41,278 nt of DNA, taken from IMG/VR virus record IMGVR_UViG_3300045988_142835, positions 1 through 41,278 of that record, one strand, 5' to 3'. The position numbers and the translations under genes were made by a program. Under the pieces are notes generated by a model that searched no databases, was not told the DNA's origin, and was given only the letters and a program-made list of their open reading frames with translations. The DNA comes from a virus. Numbering within the stretch: position 1 is the first letter of the stretch; each line of letters begins with the position of its first letter. Shown here piece by piece: positions 8,079 through 17,378 of the stretch.

Positions 8079-11039
8079 TTGGCCGATAGGTCCGTAAAGG
8101 TTGTTTTCAGGGGCGATTCCTCGAATCTTGTGAGCGCTACGAACTCCGCGAAAACGGCTATGGAGGGGCTGGGAAAGTCCAGCGGGGAAGCCGCGAAGAA
8201 GGCTTCCGAGCATCAGTCTCAGGCTGAGAAGAACGCGATCGCGTGGAAGACGGCGGGGACTGCTGCCCTCGGCTTCGGCACGGTCGGCGCTGCGGCTTTC
8301 GGCGGGATGATCAAAACCGCCGCCGATTTCGAGTCGAAAATGTCGTCCGTGCAGGCCGCGACGATGGCGTCTTCCGGTGAGATCGAGCAGCTTCGCGAGG
8401 CGGCTCTGAAGGCTGGCGCGGATACGGCGTTCTCGGCGTCGGAGGCGGCGCAGGGCATCGAAGAGCTCGCCAAGGCTGGCGTTTCGACGTCGGACATCCT
8501 TAACGGCGGACTGCGCGGAGCCCTCGACCTTGCGGCTTCCGGGAATATCTCGGTCGCCGAGGCCGCCGAGTCTGCGGCGTCGGCCATGACCCAGTTCAAG
8601 CTCGAAGGGTCCTCCGTCCCGCACATCGCGGACCTCCTCGCCGCTGCCGCCGGTAAAGCCCAAGGCGGCGTGCACGAAATGTCGCAAGCCCTGAACCAGG
8701 CGGGCTTGATCGCCGCAGGTGCCGGGCTTTCAATCGAAGAGACCGTCGGCACCCTGGCGGCTTTCGCGTCCGCCGGGCTTCTCGGCAGCGACGCGGGCAC
8801 CTCTTTTAAGACGATGCTCCAAAAGCTGCAAAACCCCTCGAAGCAGTCGGCGCAGCTCATGAAAGAGCTCGGACTGCACCTGTACGACGCGTCAGGGAAC
8901 ATCGTCGGAATGGCGAACCTCGCCGGGCAGCTGAAGGAAAAGCTTAGCGGGATGACGGCGGCGCAGCGCGACGCCGCGCTAGCCCAACTGTTCGGCTCTG
9001 ACGCCGTGCGCGCCGCCAACGTGCTCTACCAGCAGGGCGCGGAGGGCATCTCGAAGTGGACGAAGGAAGTCGACGAGTCGGGGTACGCGTCGAAGCAGGC
9101 GGGCATCCGCATGGGCAACCTCAAGGGCGCGTGGGAGGAATTCAAGGGCTCCCTCGAGACGCTCGCGATCTCGCTTGGCGGGACGTTCCTTCCGATGCTC
9201 ACGACAGCCGCGAAGGGGCTGACGTCGCTCGTCAACGCGTTCAACTCGCTTCCTGGCCCGGTCAAGACGACGATCGCCGCTATCGGCGGGCTGGTGACTG
9301 CGGGCGCGCTGGCGTTTGGGGCGTTCCAGAAGATCAAGACCGGCGCGTCACTCGTGAAAGCTGCTTTTGGGAAGATCGCCGAGGGAAACATCCCTCTCCT
9401 CTCGAAAGGCATCGCAGCGATACGCGACAACGCCGGAACCGTGGGAGCGCACCTCGCGTCGCTCGCGCCGAAGGCGGGGCTCGCCCTTGGCGGGTTCACG
9501 GCGCTTGCTGGCGCGGCCGTCGGACTCGGCAAGGCCCTTGCCGGAGTCGATCGCCATGTGGATTCGGTGGACAGGCTTCAGTCGAAGCTTGCGAACGTCG
9601 CCAAGAGCGGCGGCTCCTACTACAAGGCGCTCATCAAAGATATCGGCGATATCAACACGGAACGTTTCGGCAACCTCGCGGAAACGTTTATGCGCGTAGC
9701 CCGTCCAAGCATCGGCGATAAGGTCTTCGGCAAGAACTTCTTCGATACCACCGGTTTCAAAGAGGTTTCGGCGCAGCTGGAGAATCTGGACAAGCAGTTG
9801 TCTAATCTCGCCGGGTCGAACGTCCGGCAAGCCACCGCTGCCTTCGCCGCAATGTACAAAGAGGCCGGTTCGACTTCTCAAGCGTTTAGCGACATGAAGG
9901 CAGTCATGCCGGATTACGTCGACAAAATGCACGCGCTGGCGAACGCTCAAGGCGTTACCGTCAATTCCTCGAACGAGCTACAGCTCCTCACGGGGCAACT
10001 GAACGATCAGCTCGAGGGGACGTCGGCGGCAACGGGGAAAGCAGCCGACGGGCAGAAGCAAGCCGCCGGGGCGATGAACGAAGCGAAGGACGCGGCGCAG
10101 TCCGCCGCCGACGCCTGCAAATCGTACCTGGACGTCATGCAGAAGTTCGGCGATATCAACATCAGCGCCGATCAGGCAGCGTTGAAATACGCGGAGACGC
10201 TGGCGAAAACCGGCGACGTCTTGCAGCAGAACTCTTACAAGCACGCTGACGCCGCGACGCAAGCCCTCATGCAGAAAGCAGCGCTCGGCGAGCTCGCCCA
10301 GTCTGGAAACAAGGTCATTGAAACCATGTATAACCAGGCGCAAGCAAACGGAACGCTTGGAAGCGTTTCACAACAGCTCGGGCAAAAAGCAATCCAACTA
10401 GCCAACAATTTCCTTGATCAGGCAGGGAAGATGGGCATAACCGGCGATGCCGCGATCGCCCTCGCCGCCGACTACGGCGTGATCCCGCGCGACGTCCGCA
10501 CAAGGGCGGACTTCGACAAGTGGAAAGCTGAGACGAACGCGAAGGGCTACACGGCGACTATCGAGGGGATCCCCTCGAAGAAAAACACGACGCTTTCGGC
10601 GACTCCGCTTCTTGACGGGATCAGCAGGTTCATGGGAAGTCTCGCATCGATCCCGAAGCAGGTGACGACGTACGTGAAAGCAACCGTCGGCAAAGTCCTT
10701 GGCTTCGCTGAGGGCGGCTACACGGGGCCGGGAGGAAAATACCAGCCCGCCGGAGTTGTGCACGCCGGGGAGTACGTCTTCTCCCAGCGCGCCGTGAAAC
10801 GGCTAGGCGTCCCCTACCTGAACTCCCTGCACCAGCAGGCGCGAGGGTACGCCGACGGCGGCCCGGTTGTCGCCGCTTCGTCGATCCGCGCGCCTAGCGT
10901 GAACGTCGCCGCGCCGAACCTCGCCGGGCTGACCATCGCCGGAAGCCTCGACCTTGGCGGCGTGCTCGTCCCCATCATTGACGGGCGCATCGAAGCGAAT
11001 GACCGGCGGCGCGCACGGATAGGAAGGGCTGGAAATTGA
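8079..11039 (+). CDS. Tape measure protein
   Basis: About 986 aa, Ala/Gly-rich, with a conserved TMP core (SAxEAAQGIEELAKAG). Likely TTG start 8079 (M-ADRSVKVVF) after GGGGGTG. Track start 8046 would overlap the reverse small gene. Confidence 0.9.
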   Translation: MADRSVKVVFRGDSSNLVSATNSAKTAMEGLGKSSGEAAKKASEHQSQAEKNAIAWKTAGTAALGFGTVGAAAFGGMIKTAADFESKMSSVQAATMASSGEIEQLREAALKAGADTAFSASEAAQGIEELAKAGVSTSDILNGGLRGALDLAASGNISVAEAAESAASAMTQFKLEGSSVPHIADLLAAAAGKAQGGVHEMSQALNQAGLIAAGAGLSIEETVGTLAAFASAGLLGSDAGTSFKTMLQKLQNPSKQSAQLMKELGLHLYDASGNIVGMANLAGQLKEKLSGMTAAQRDAALAQLFGSDAVRAANVLYQQGAEGISKWTKEVDESGYASKQAGIRMGNLKGAWEEFKGSLETLAISLGGTFLPMLTTAAKGLTSLVNAFNSLPGPVKTTIAAIGGLVTAGALAFGAFQKIKTGASLVKAAFGKIAEGNIPLLSKGIAAIRDNAGTVGAHLASLAPKAGLALGGFTALAGAAVGLGKALAGVDRHVDSVDRLQSKLANVAKSGGSYYKALIKDIGDINTERFGNLAETFMRVARPSIGDKVFGKNFFDTTGFKEVSAQLENLDKQLSNLAGSNVRQATAAFAAMYKEAGSTSQAFSDMKAVMPDYVDKMHALANAQGVTVNSSNELQLLTGQLNDQLEGTSAATGKAADGQKQAAGAMNEAKDAAQSAADACKSYLDVMQKFGDINISADQAALKYAETLAKTGDVLQQNSYKHADAATQALMQKAALGELAQSGNKVIETMYNQAQANGTLGSVSQQLGQKAIQLANNFLDQAGKMGITGDAAIALAADYGVIPRDVRTRADFDKWKAETNAKGYTATIEGIPSKKNTTLSATPLLDGISRFMGSLASIPKQVTTYVKATVGKVLGFAEGGYTGPGGKYQPAGVVHAGEYVFSQRAVKRLGVPYLNSLHQQARGYADGGPVVAASSIRAPSVNVAAPNLAGLTIAGSLDLGGVLVPIIDGRIEANDRRRARIGRAGN

Positions 11040-11776
11040 GCGTCTTGTCAGTGGAAAGCACGCGGACTGGCGTGCGCATCAGCGTCAACTACTACGGCAG
11101 TTGGGTGCTCACGCGCGACGGGCAGCGTGTGCGCGGAGGGTCGGGAGACACGCCAGCAGTGTTTTCCGACCCGATGTGCCCAATTGGGAAATGGTGCACG
11201 TATAAGCTCGAAACGGACTATGCGTCCGAAGAGGCTTATACGCGCCGAGACGCCTTCGAGCACGTCATTTCCTCGCTGGACGGTCTCACCGTCGCCTATT
11301 TCAAATGGTTAGGCGACGGTGAAATGACCCTCGAACCGCGAGCACATGCGACGACGGTTCCGGGTCGGGCGCGTCCGGTTTTGCGTCTTCAGCCGACGGC
11401 TGGCGATGGTGTGATGTCGTTGACGGCGCGTACGTCGCCGTTGGGGACGTCGACGTTGCGGACGCTTTTCAAATCGAATGAGCCGCTGCTAATTTTCCAC
11501 AATCTTGCTCGGTGTGAGGTGCCGAATTGCGATATTCCGCCGGTTGAGGTGTTTTTCCCTGAGGGCTCGTCGATTAAGTCGAGGCGGACTGGGCATCTTG
11601 ATACGGCGGTTCGGGATTGGGATCTTGAGCTGCGGCTCGTCGATATAGGCGATTGGGATTCGCGGATCGGCGTCGGAACGTGGACCGAGCTCGAAAACCT
11701 CTCGTACACGTGGGGCTTCGTCGAGGACTTGAAGCAGCCGTGGACGCAATTCGAGGAAGGCAAGTGGAATGGGTAA
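11036..11776 (+). CDS. Minor tail protein (distal tail protein by position)
   Basis: 246 aa, first gene after the tape measure, TTGA overlap. Confidence 0.6.
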   Translation: MSVLSVESTRTGVRISVNYYGSWVLTRDGQRVRGGSGDTPAVFSDPMCPIGKWCTYKLETDYASEEAYTRRDAFEHVISSLDGLTVAYFKWLGDGEMTLEPRAHATTVPGRARPVLRLQPTAGDGVMSLTARTSPLGTSTLRTLFKSNEPLLIFHNLARCEVPNCDIPPVEVFFPEGSSIKSRRTGHLDTAVRDWDLELRLVDIGDWDSRIGVGTWTELENLSYTWGFVEDLKQPWTQFEEGKWNG

Positions 11777-12848
11777 CCCTAAGGTCGCTGGCGCTTTGGC
11801 GACTACTGCGAAGTGGTCATGCACGATCGCAGCATGGTACGGCGGTAAATATAACGGGGTTGTTCCGGCGTCGTCTGGACGGGTGACGTGGTCGACGTCG
11901 CGGGATGTCCCGGGGACGATCTCGATTGAGGTTCCGGTGAAGGACCAGTCGGGGAAAGTGTGGGATCCGGGGACGGATCCTTTGCATCCGCTTGCCCGGT
12001 ATGGGCAGGAGTTGACGGTCGATATTGCTGTGAAGGATCCGGTTTCGGGTGTGGAGGAGCAGTTTTCGGCGGGCCGCTACATGTTGACGGACTGGTCGGT
12101 TGACGGGGCGGTCGTCACCATTAGCGGGGAGTCGATGATGCGGCGGATCTCGGAAGACCGGTTCCTTTATCCGGCGTCGACGCGCCCGGACTCCTCGGTG
12201 CATGTGGAGGTCGGGAGGCTTGTCTCGGTCGGGGTTCCGTATCTGATTGACTCAGCTTTGAAAAATCGGCGCACGCCGTCGATGTCGTGGGACGAGTCGC
12301 GGATCGATTCGATGAAAGAGCTTGCTCAGGCGTGGCCTGCCAGGCTTCGTGAGACGCGGGACGGTGTTGTTGCTTTTCTCGCGCCGCTGCCTGAGGTTCC
12401 CAAGCCGGAGCTTTATTTCGCGGACGGCGAGGGCGGCACGGTTGTGCGAGCTCCGTACGAGGACAAGCGCGAGGGCGTCTACAACATCGTGGTTGCCCGC
12501 GGGCAGGAGAACGGGGAAGACGGGAAGCCGTCTTTCCAGGCGGCGGCGTCGCAGGATACCGGGCCGATGCGCGCCTCTGGCCCGTACGGACGGGTGCCCA
12601 AGTTTTTCTCATCGAAGCTGATCACGAACTACGATGAGGCGTTCTATACGGCGCGGACGATGCTCGCGTCGTCGATGCGCCGTGCGGCCGTGCGGAAGGT
12701 GACGTGCGCACCGGATCCGCGCCTGTGGATTGATACGCCGGTCTCTATCAAGGCTGGTGGGGTTGAGAACTGGGGGTACGTCTCTGGATTCGAGCTCCCG
12801 CTTTTCGCTGACGATGACATGACCGTGGAAGTGGAGGTGGCGGAATAA
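11769..12848 (+). CDS. Minor tail protein (baseplate hub / Tal-like by position)
   Basis: 359 aa, second gene after the tape measure; resembles actinobacterial prophage tail proteins. Confidence 0.6.
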   Translation: MGNPKVAGALATTAKWSCTIAAWYGGKYNGVVPASSGRVTWSTSRDVPGTISIEVPVKDQSGKVWDPGTDPLHPLARYGQELTVDIAVKDPVSGVEEQFSAGRYMLTDWSVDGAVVTISGESMMRRISEDRFLYPASTRPDSSVHVEVGRLVSVGVPYLIDSALKNRRTPSMSWDESRIDSMKELAQAWPARLRETRDGVVAFLAPLPEVPKPELYFADGEGGTVVRAPYEDKREGVYNIVVARGQENGEDGKPSFQAAASQDTGPMRASGPYGRVPKFFSSKLITNYDEAFYTARTMLASSMRRAAVRKVTCAPDPRLWIDTPVSIKAGGVENWGYVSGFELPLFADDDMTVEVEVAE

Positions 12849-13669
12849 TGGATCAGCTCGCTATGATCCGGGAGGCGTCGACGGGGGCGTTGCTTCCGCA
12901 ACCGGCGGGTGACCGGTCGGCGACGGCGACGGCGGTTCTTGTGAGGACCGGCCCAGGTTCGCTTTCCCTGTGGGTATCCCTCTACGGCGGCGATCCCGTT
13001 CTGCTGCCGTGCCAACCGGCATCATATGTGGGGATCTCGACGGTGACGGTCCTCGTGCAAGCCGGGCGTCCCGTGCACGTGCTCGGCCCAGCAGGCGCGC
13101 CGAAGATCGACGATTCCCTGCTGGCGGCGAAGAGGGACGCGATAGACAAGCCGATAGAACAGCTGCGCTCAATTTCCGGTGCGCTTGTGCGTCCCGTGTG
13201 GTCGGGGACGCACCGGTCCGACCGGCGTGCGTGGGACGCGTGGAACACCTCGTTTTTCGGGGGGCGCGGCGACGTCTACCAGGGCGTGCAAGGCGGCGTT
13301 CAGCTCACCGGCTGTGCGGTCTACGGCACCGGCGTTACCTCGCTAAATGCAGAGTCGATCCAGCGCATGACGCTCTCGATCACGCCGAACGGGTCCGAGA
13401 AGGGCGCGTCTGCCGTGCTGAGCGTGCAAGCCGTCCGCGACGGCGACGCCCCGTCCGGCATGCCGAACATCTACGGGAACGCTTATTCCACGCCGGCGGT
13501 AGCCGCCGGGACGACGACCTACTGGGAGCTCCCAGAAGCTCTCAAGGAAGACCTGAGGACCGGGCAAGCGCGAGGGCTTGCCTTCTCTGGGCCTCAACGA
13601 CAGGGCGTGTACGGAACGTCCCGCCCAGACGGGCTTTCCCTCACCATCGATTACACCACTAAAAGATAG
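12848..13669 (+). CDS. Minor tail protein
   Basis: 273 aa, coupled start (TAATG) with the upstream gene. Confidence 0.55.
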   Translation: MDQLAMIREASTGALLPQPAGDRSATATAVLVRTGPGSLSLWVSLYGGDPVLLPCQPASYVGISTVTVLVQAGRPVHVLGPAGAPKIDDSLLAAKRDAIDKPIEQLRSISGALVRPVWSGTHRSDRRAWDAWNTSFFGGRGDVYQGVQGGVQLTGCAVYGTGVTSLNAESIQRMTLSITPNGSEKGASAVLSVQAVRDGDAPSGMPNIYGNAYSTPAVAAGTTTYWELPEALKEDLRTGQARGLAFSGPQRQGVYGTSRPDGLSLTIDYTTKR

Positions 13670-13675
13670 GCTGAA

Positions 13676-14278
13676 ATGGGTATTTACCTGAAAGACTCGG
13701 CGATCAACGCCGAGGCAGGGCAGACCGTCTCGAGGCAGTCGGTGCGCCGTCTCATACAGGCGTCGGACGCGATCACGGCGGCGACGTCGGAGACCGCGCA
13801 GAATCGGCTTCTCTCGGAGGCCCGTTCCGCCGGTGTTCCGGTCTCGGCGACGTCCCCGTTCTACGTGTACCGGACAGATCGCGGAGAGCTGTGGGCGCAC
13901 GACGGCAGCTCGTGGAATCCGCTCACGCCGGGCCTCGTCGATCAACGAAGCCTGCCGTTCACGCACCAGTGGACGGTATCTGGTGTTTTCATGAAAAGGA
14001 TCGGCGGAATCGTGTTCTGCGAGGGCGTGCTCAAAAACGGCGGGACAATACCTGCCGGGCAGTCCTCGAACATCGGCGTCGTCCCCAACGGGTGGATTCC
14101 CGCCTCAATCATTTACGGCGGCTCCTACGCCACGCCGATCACCCGGTTTGTCAACGGAGGCACGCCGCCGTTCCGAGCTGATTCCACCATGTGGATACAG
14201 ACGTCGAACGGGAATATCAATATCCAGACGCAAGACGTCGCCTCCGAGATCCGCATATCCGCGCACTGGATGATCTGA
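13676..14278 (+). CDS. Minor tail protein, candidate receptor-binding protein
   Basis: 200 aa, the last tail gene before the lysis cassette. Assigned by position only. Confidence 0.45.
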   Translation: MGIYLKDSAINAEAGQTVSRQSVRRLIQASDAITAATSETAQNRLLSEARSAGVPVSATSPFYVYRTDRGELWAHDGSSWNPLTPGLVDQRSLPFTHQWTVSGVFMKRIGGIVFCEGVLKNGGTIPAGQSSNIGVVPNGWIPASIIYGGSYATPITRFVNGGTPPFRADSTMWIQTSNGNINIQTQDVASEIRISAHWMI

Positions 14279-14287
14279 GGAGACAAA

Positions 14288-15088
14288 ATGAGTTTCTGGC
14301 TTGGTTGGACGGTGCATAAGCCGCTCAAAATTAATTTCACGCCCAAGTCTCGGTCTCGGACGGACGGGATTATTCTTCACGTCGCCGCGAGTGAGGCGGC
14401 GTCGCTGCACGGCTGGTTTTCAAATCCGAAGGCTGCGGCTTCCTCGCACCTGTACGTGCGCAGGGACGGAACGGTCGAGCAGTACGTCGATCTTGATCAG
14501 ATCTCGTGGGCGTCGGTGCGCGGGGATCTTCGCTGTATCTCGGTGGAGACGCAGGGCGGCGCGACGGGCAGGTGGACTGAGCAGCAGGTCTCGGCGCTTG
14601 CCCGGATTGTGCGGGAGACGTCGGCGCGGTACGGCTATCCGCTGCGGACTATGGGTTCGTCGGCGGCGTCGGAGCGTGGCGTGGGCTGGCATGCGCTTGG
14701 TGTGCCCGCGTCGCGGTCGCAGCGGGCGGCGGGCGTGTCGCAGACGGGTGGTGAGCTGTGGTCTGGCGCGCCTGGGAAGGTTTGCCCGGGGGCTGAGCGT
14801 GTGCCTCAGATTCCGGGGATTGTGGAGCTCGCGCGGGGTGGGCTTCAGGAAGGAGAAGACGAATTGACTAGTGAGCAGGCGCGGCAGCTTCAGATTGCGG
14901 CTTCGGCGGCGGGGAAGCTTGATTACGCCCTCGATAATATTATTTTGCCTACTTTGACGGCGTTGAATGCTGCGAGGGTTGGCAATGAGAACACTCTGAA
15001 CGCGATCCGTGAAGAGCTCAAAAATGCGAATCAGCTTTTGGCGGAGTTGGCGAAAAACGTCGGGGAGCTGATCAAGCATGCCTCGTGA
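14288..15088 (+). CDS. Endolysin, N-acetylmuramoyl-L-alanine amidase (amidase_2/PGRP-like) with C-terminal coiled coil
   Basis: N-terminal GIILHVAAS...SSHLYVRRDGTVEQYVD pattern. The C-terminal 80 aa is heptad-like and follows an EDELTSEQARQL linker. Confidence 0.75.
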   Translation: MSFWLGWTVHKPLKINFTPKSRSRTDGIILHVAASEAASLHGWFSNPKAAASSHLYVRRDGTVEQYVDLDQISWASVRGDLRCISVETQGGATGRWTEQQVSALARIVRETSARYGYPLRTMGSSAASERGVGWHALGVPASRSQRAAGVSQTGGELWSGAPGKVCPGAERVPQIPGIVELARGGLQEGEDELTSEQARQLQIAASAAGKLDYALDNIILPTLTALNAARVGNENTLNAIREELKNANQLLAELAKNVGELIKHAS

Positions 15089-15743
15089 TCCGGCGGCGGC
15101 GATTGCGTGGGCTCGGGCGTGGAAGGGGTCTACCGCTTGGAGCGGGCGGTGTGAGTCTTTCGTCAGGCAGGCGCTCGACCTTAAGAGCATTTACCCGTCG
15201 GCGAAGGTCGCGTGGGAAGCCGCTGGGGACAAGCATCCGGGGGATTTTTACCCGCCAGCCGGGGTGCCGGTGTTTTGGGCGCTTACGGGCAAGAATGAGC
15301 CGTATGGGCACGTAGCCCTTTCTCTTGGCGGAGGGAAGGCTATCTCTTCGTCTGACGAACGAGGGCATCCGTTTGTCTCGGAAATTTCGATCCCAGATTT
15401 CACGGACGAGACGGCACCGTTCCTTGGCTGGGCCGGTTTCTATCATGACGTTCAGCTGGATTACACGCGGGGGAATTCCTCGGTCGCGTCTGAGGGTGGA
15501 GAGGAGGTGGAGGAGTTGACTCCAGAGCAGGCAAAGCAACTGGTTCAGCTGGTAGAGCAGTCGAACCTTACGCTGCAATCTCTTGGCGACGTTGCGCAGC
15601 GCGCGTACGCCCTCGAGCAGAAGGTCAATCATATCGAACAAGTGGTCGATCACACGCTGACCGCCCTCGGGCAGACCGCACAGAACGCGTGGGGTGCGAA
15701 TGAGCACGCCCGCGACGCCGTTCAGGCGCTTAACAACAAGTAA
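15078..15743 (+). CDS. Second lysin, Cys-His peptidase (CHAP / NlpC-P60-like) with C-terminal coiled coil
   Basis: Candidate catalytic Cys in WSGRCESFV and His in PYGHVALS. The C-terminal coiled coil follows a VEELTPEQAKQL linker. Confidence 0.55.
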   Translation: MPRDPAAAIAWARAWKGSTAWSGRCESFVRQALDLKSIYPSAKVAWEAAGDKHPGDFYPPAGVPVFWALTGKNEPYGHVALSLGGGKAISSSDERGHPFVSEISIPDFTDETAPFLGWAGFYHDVQLDYTRGNSSVASEGGEEVEELTPEQAKQLVQLVEQSNLTLQSLGDVAQRAYALEQKVNHIEQVVDHTLTALGQTAQNAWGANEHARDAVQALNNK

Positions 15744-15763
15744 AAGAAAGGTAATCACCACCA

Positions 15764-16090
15764 ATGGCTATTGATCAATTCACGGTGCCCGCTCTTGCGG
15801 GCGTCGTCGCCCCGTTCATTATCGCGGTTCTGAATCGCGTCGGTTGGAGCGCGAAGGCGAAGACCGCCGTCGCCGGGATCTTCTATGCCGTCGTCACGGC
15901 TGGAGTTCTTTTCGCCCAGTCCTACCCCGCCAAGTGGCAGGTAGTCGCGGGCGTTCTCCTGACGGTGGCGATCGCCGGGCAGACCGCATTCTCGGCGCTG
16001 AAGCCTTCCGGGATCCTTGACGGGATCGAGCGGGCGGTCAACCCGGGTAAGCGTCCGGGGGATATCGAGCCGCGCACGCTGGGCGAGTGA
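15764..16090 (+). CDS. Holin (three predicted TM helices)
   Basis: 108 aa with three hydrophobic stretches and a charged C-terminus, directly after the lysins. Confidence 0.7.
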   Translation: MAIDQFTVPALAGVVAPFIIAVLNRVGWSAKAKTAVAGIFYAVVTAGVLFAQSYPAKWQVVAGVLLTVAIAGQTAFSALKPSGILDGIERAVNPGKRPGDIEPRTLGE

Positions 16091-16587
16091 GGCGACGCCG
16101 GGTGAGTCTCATGGAAAAGCTGCTCGTGAACCCTGAGTTCATCGGCGCTACGGTCTCGCTCTTGTCGGGTGTGGCGCTTTGGGTTGGCGTGCTGGTCCGC
16201 CGGGCGCTCACCCGGCTTCAAGCCTCGCATGAGGAGACGAAGGCGGACGTGGCTCGGGCGGCTACGGCCGCCGAGTCTGCCGCCGTACAGGTGAACAACA
16301 CGCACACGACTAATTTGCGCGATGATCTTGATCGAGTGATTGCCGGGCTGGAAAGAGTGCAGTTCTCGATCGATGAATCGGACGCGAAAGATACCCAATG
16401 GCGTGAGGATCATGCGAAAAAGCATGACGAGGAGCGGCGCGACCGTGCGGATCGCGACACGCGGAACGAGACGCAGATCGACATGCTGCGCCGGGACGTT
16501 CAGCAGCTCACGGAGCAGTCGGCGCGGGAGCATGAGCTCCTGCACCAGCGGATCAACCGCATAAAAGAAAAAGGCGGGCTGGACTAG
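16087..16587 (+). CDS. Membrane-anchored coiled-coil protein (lysis accessory candidate)
   Basis: GTGA overlap with the holin stop. One N-terminal TM (FIGATVSLLSGVALWVGVLV), then about 120 aa of charged coiled coil. Alternative start ATG 16111. Confidence 0.55.
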   Translation: MRRRRVSLMEKLLVNPEFIGATVSLLSGVALWVGVLVRRALTRLQASHEETKADVARAATAAESAAVQVNNTHTTNLRDDLDRVIAGLERVQFSIDESDAKDTQWREDHAKKHDEERRDRADRDTRNETQIDMLRRDVQQLTEQSAREHELLHQRINRIKEKGGLD

Positions 16588-16708
16588 CCCGCGAGCGCCT
16601 GCTAGACTGTGGAGTGCACCAGATGGTGTTTTAGCTCCCGGCGCGGCGGTGCGTGCTGTACCGGGTTTATGCGACTGCTAGGACCTGAAATCCTAGTGCG
16701 TTGACTGC

Positions 16709-16746
16709 GAGGGGGGACCCATTGGGTCCCCCCTCTGCTTTCGTTT
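16709..16746. terminator. Strong terminator between the convergent late operon and the leftward accessory genes
   Basis: Perfect 12-bp stem GAGGGGGGACCC/GGGTCCCCCCTC with loop ATT, followed by TGCTTTCGTTT on the + strand. Confidence 0.75.
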
Positions 16747-17377
16747 ACGGGCGGTTTTTCAGCCATTCGCTGGGGGACATCATCCCCTGCCCGCCGTTTC
16801 TCAGGCGGGAAGCTCCCGCCGCCTGAGTAATCCCCGTGACGCGCGAGCACGCCACTTGGGTGAGGCCAGGATGCATGGCGCAAAGCCACCGGACTAGCAT
16901 CGTCCAGTGCTTCGGCTTCGCGCCACGCAACGCCTCAACAACGTCGTCCGTGAAAACGTCGGCGTATTTTTCGGGGATCACGCCCAGCAGATCCCTTTCT
17001 CTGGCGCGGCTTCTGCGATGGGCGTCTGCGGCGCAGACTCGGCATTGGACTGCCCCGGTGGTGCGGATCCTCCGCCCGTACTTCCTCAGGGAATGTCCGC
17101 GGGAGCACATGGCGTCCGCGTCGACGTCTTCCAGCTCATACGGCACGCGGGTTTCCGACATGTGCGACGGGTTCACGCATGCGGGGTTCCCACACGCGAC
17201 GGGGAAGAGACGAGGCGGGGCGTTTCTCCCGGTCACCGCCTCATAGACAAGTTTTCTAACGCCCCTGTATCCCTTTTCCGGGATGAGAACTCGCGGGGAC
17301 GAATCGTACGCGACTTCCCCGTACCAGGGCCAGCACGCCGTCTCTGCGGCGCGGGCCTCGTAGTTCCTGTAGTCCAT
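16745..17377 (-). CDS. Degenerate His-Me finger (HNH_3-like) protein with Zn-loop and C-terminal HTH
   Basis: Start MDYRNYE one nt after the upstream stop. CWPWYGEV...GYRGV and VACGNPACVNPSHM resemble the HNH_3 signature but lack the usual His/Asp. CSRGH...CRVC loop; HTH CSRVTGITQAAGASRL. Confidence 0.55.
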   Translation of the reverse strand: MDYRNYEARAAETACWPWYGEVAYDSSPRVLIPEKGYRGVRKLVYEAVTGRNAPPRLFPVACGNPACVNPSHMSETRVPYELEDVDADAMCSRGHSLRKYGRRIRTTGAVQCRVCAADAHRRSRARERDLLGVIPEKYADVFTDDVVEALRGAKPKHWTMLVRWLCAMHPGLTQVACSRVTGITQAAGASRLRNGGQGMMSPSEWLKNRP

Positions 17378-17378
17378 C

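Noticed and set aside
7872-8687. 271-aa minus-strand ORF overlapping the start of the tape measure gene
   Set aside because: Upstream of codon 215 the translation is Arg/Gly-rich antisense noise of the tape measure gene. Only the last 57 codons (7872..8045), which lie in the intergenic gap, look like real coding sequence.
16673-16700. Anticodon-arm-like hairpin CTAGGA-cctgaaa-TCCTAG
   Set aside because: Loop position 33 would be C rather than U, and there is no surrounding cloverleaf. It was kept only as part of the structured non-coding region.
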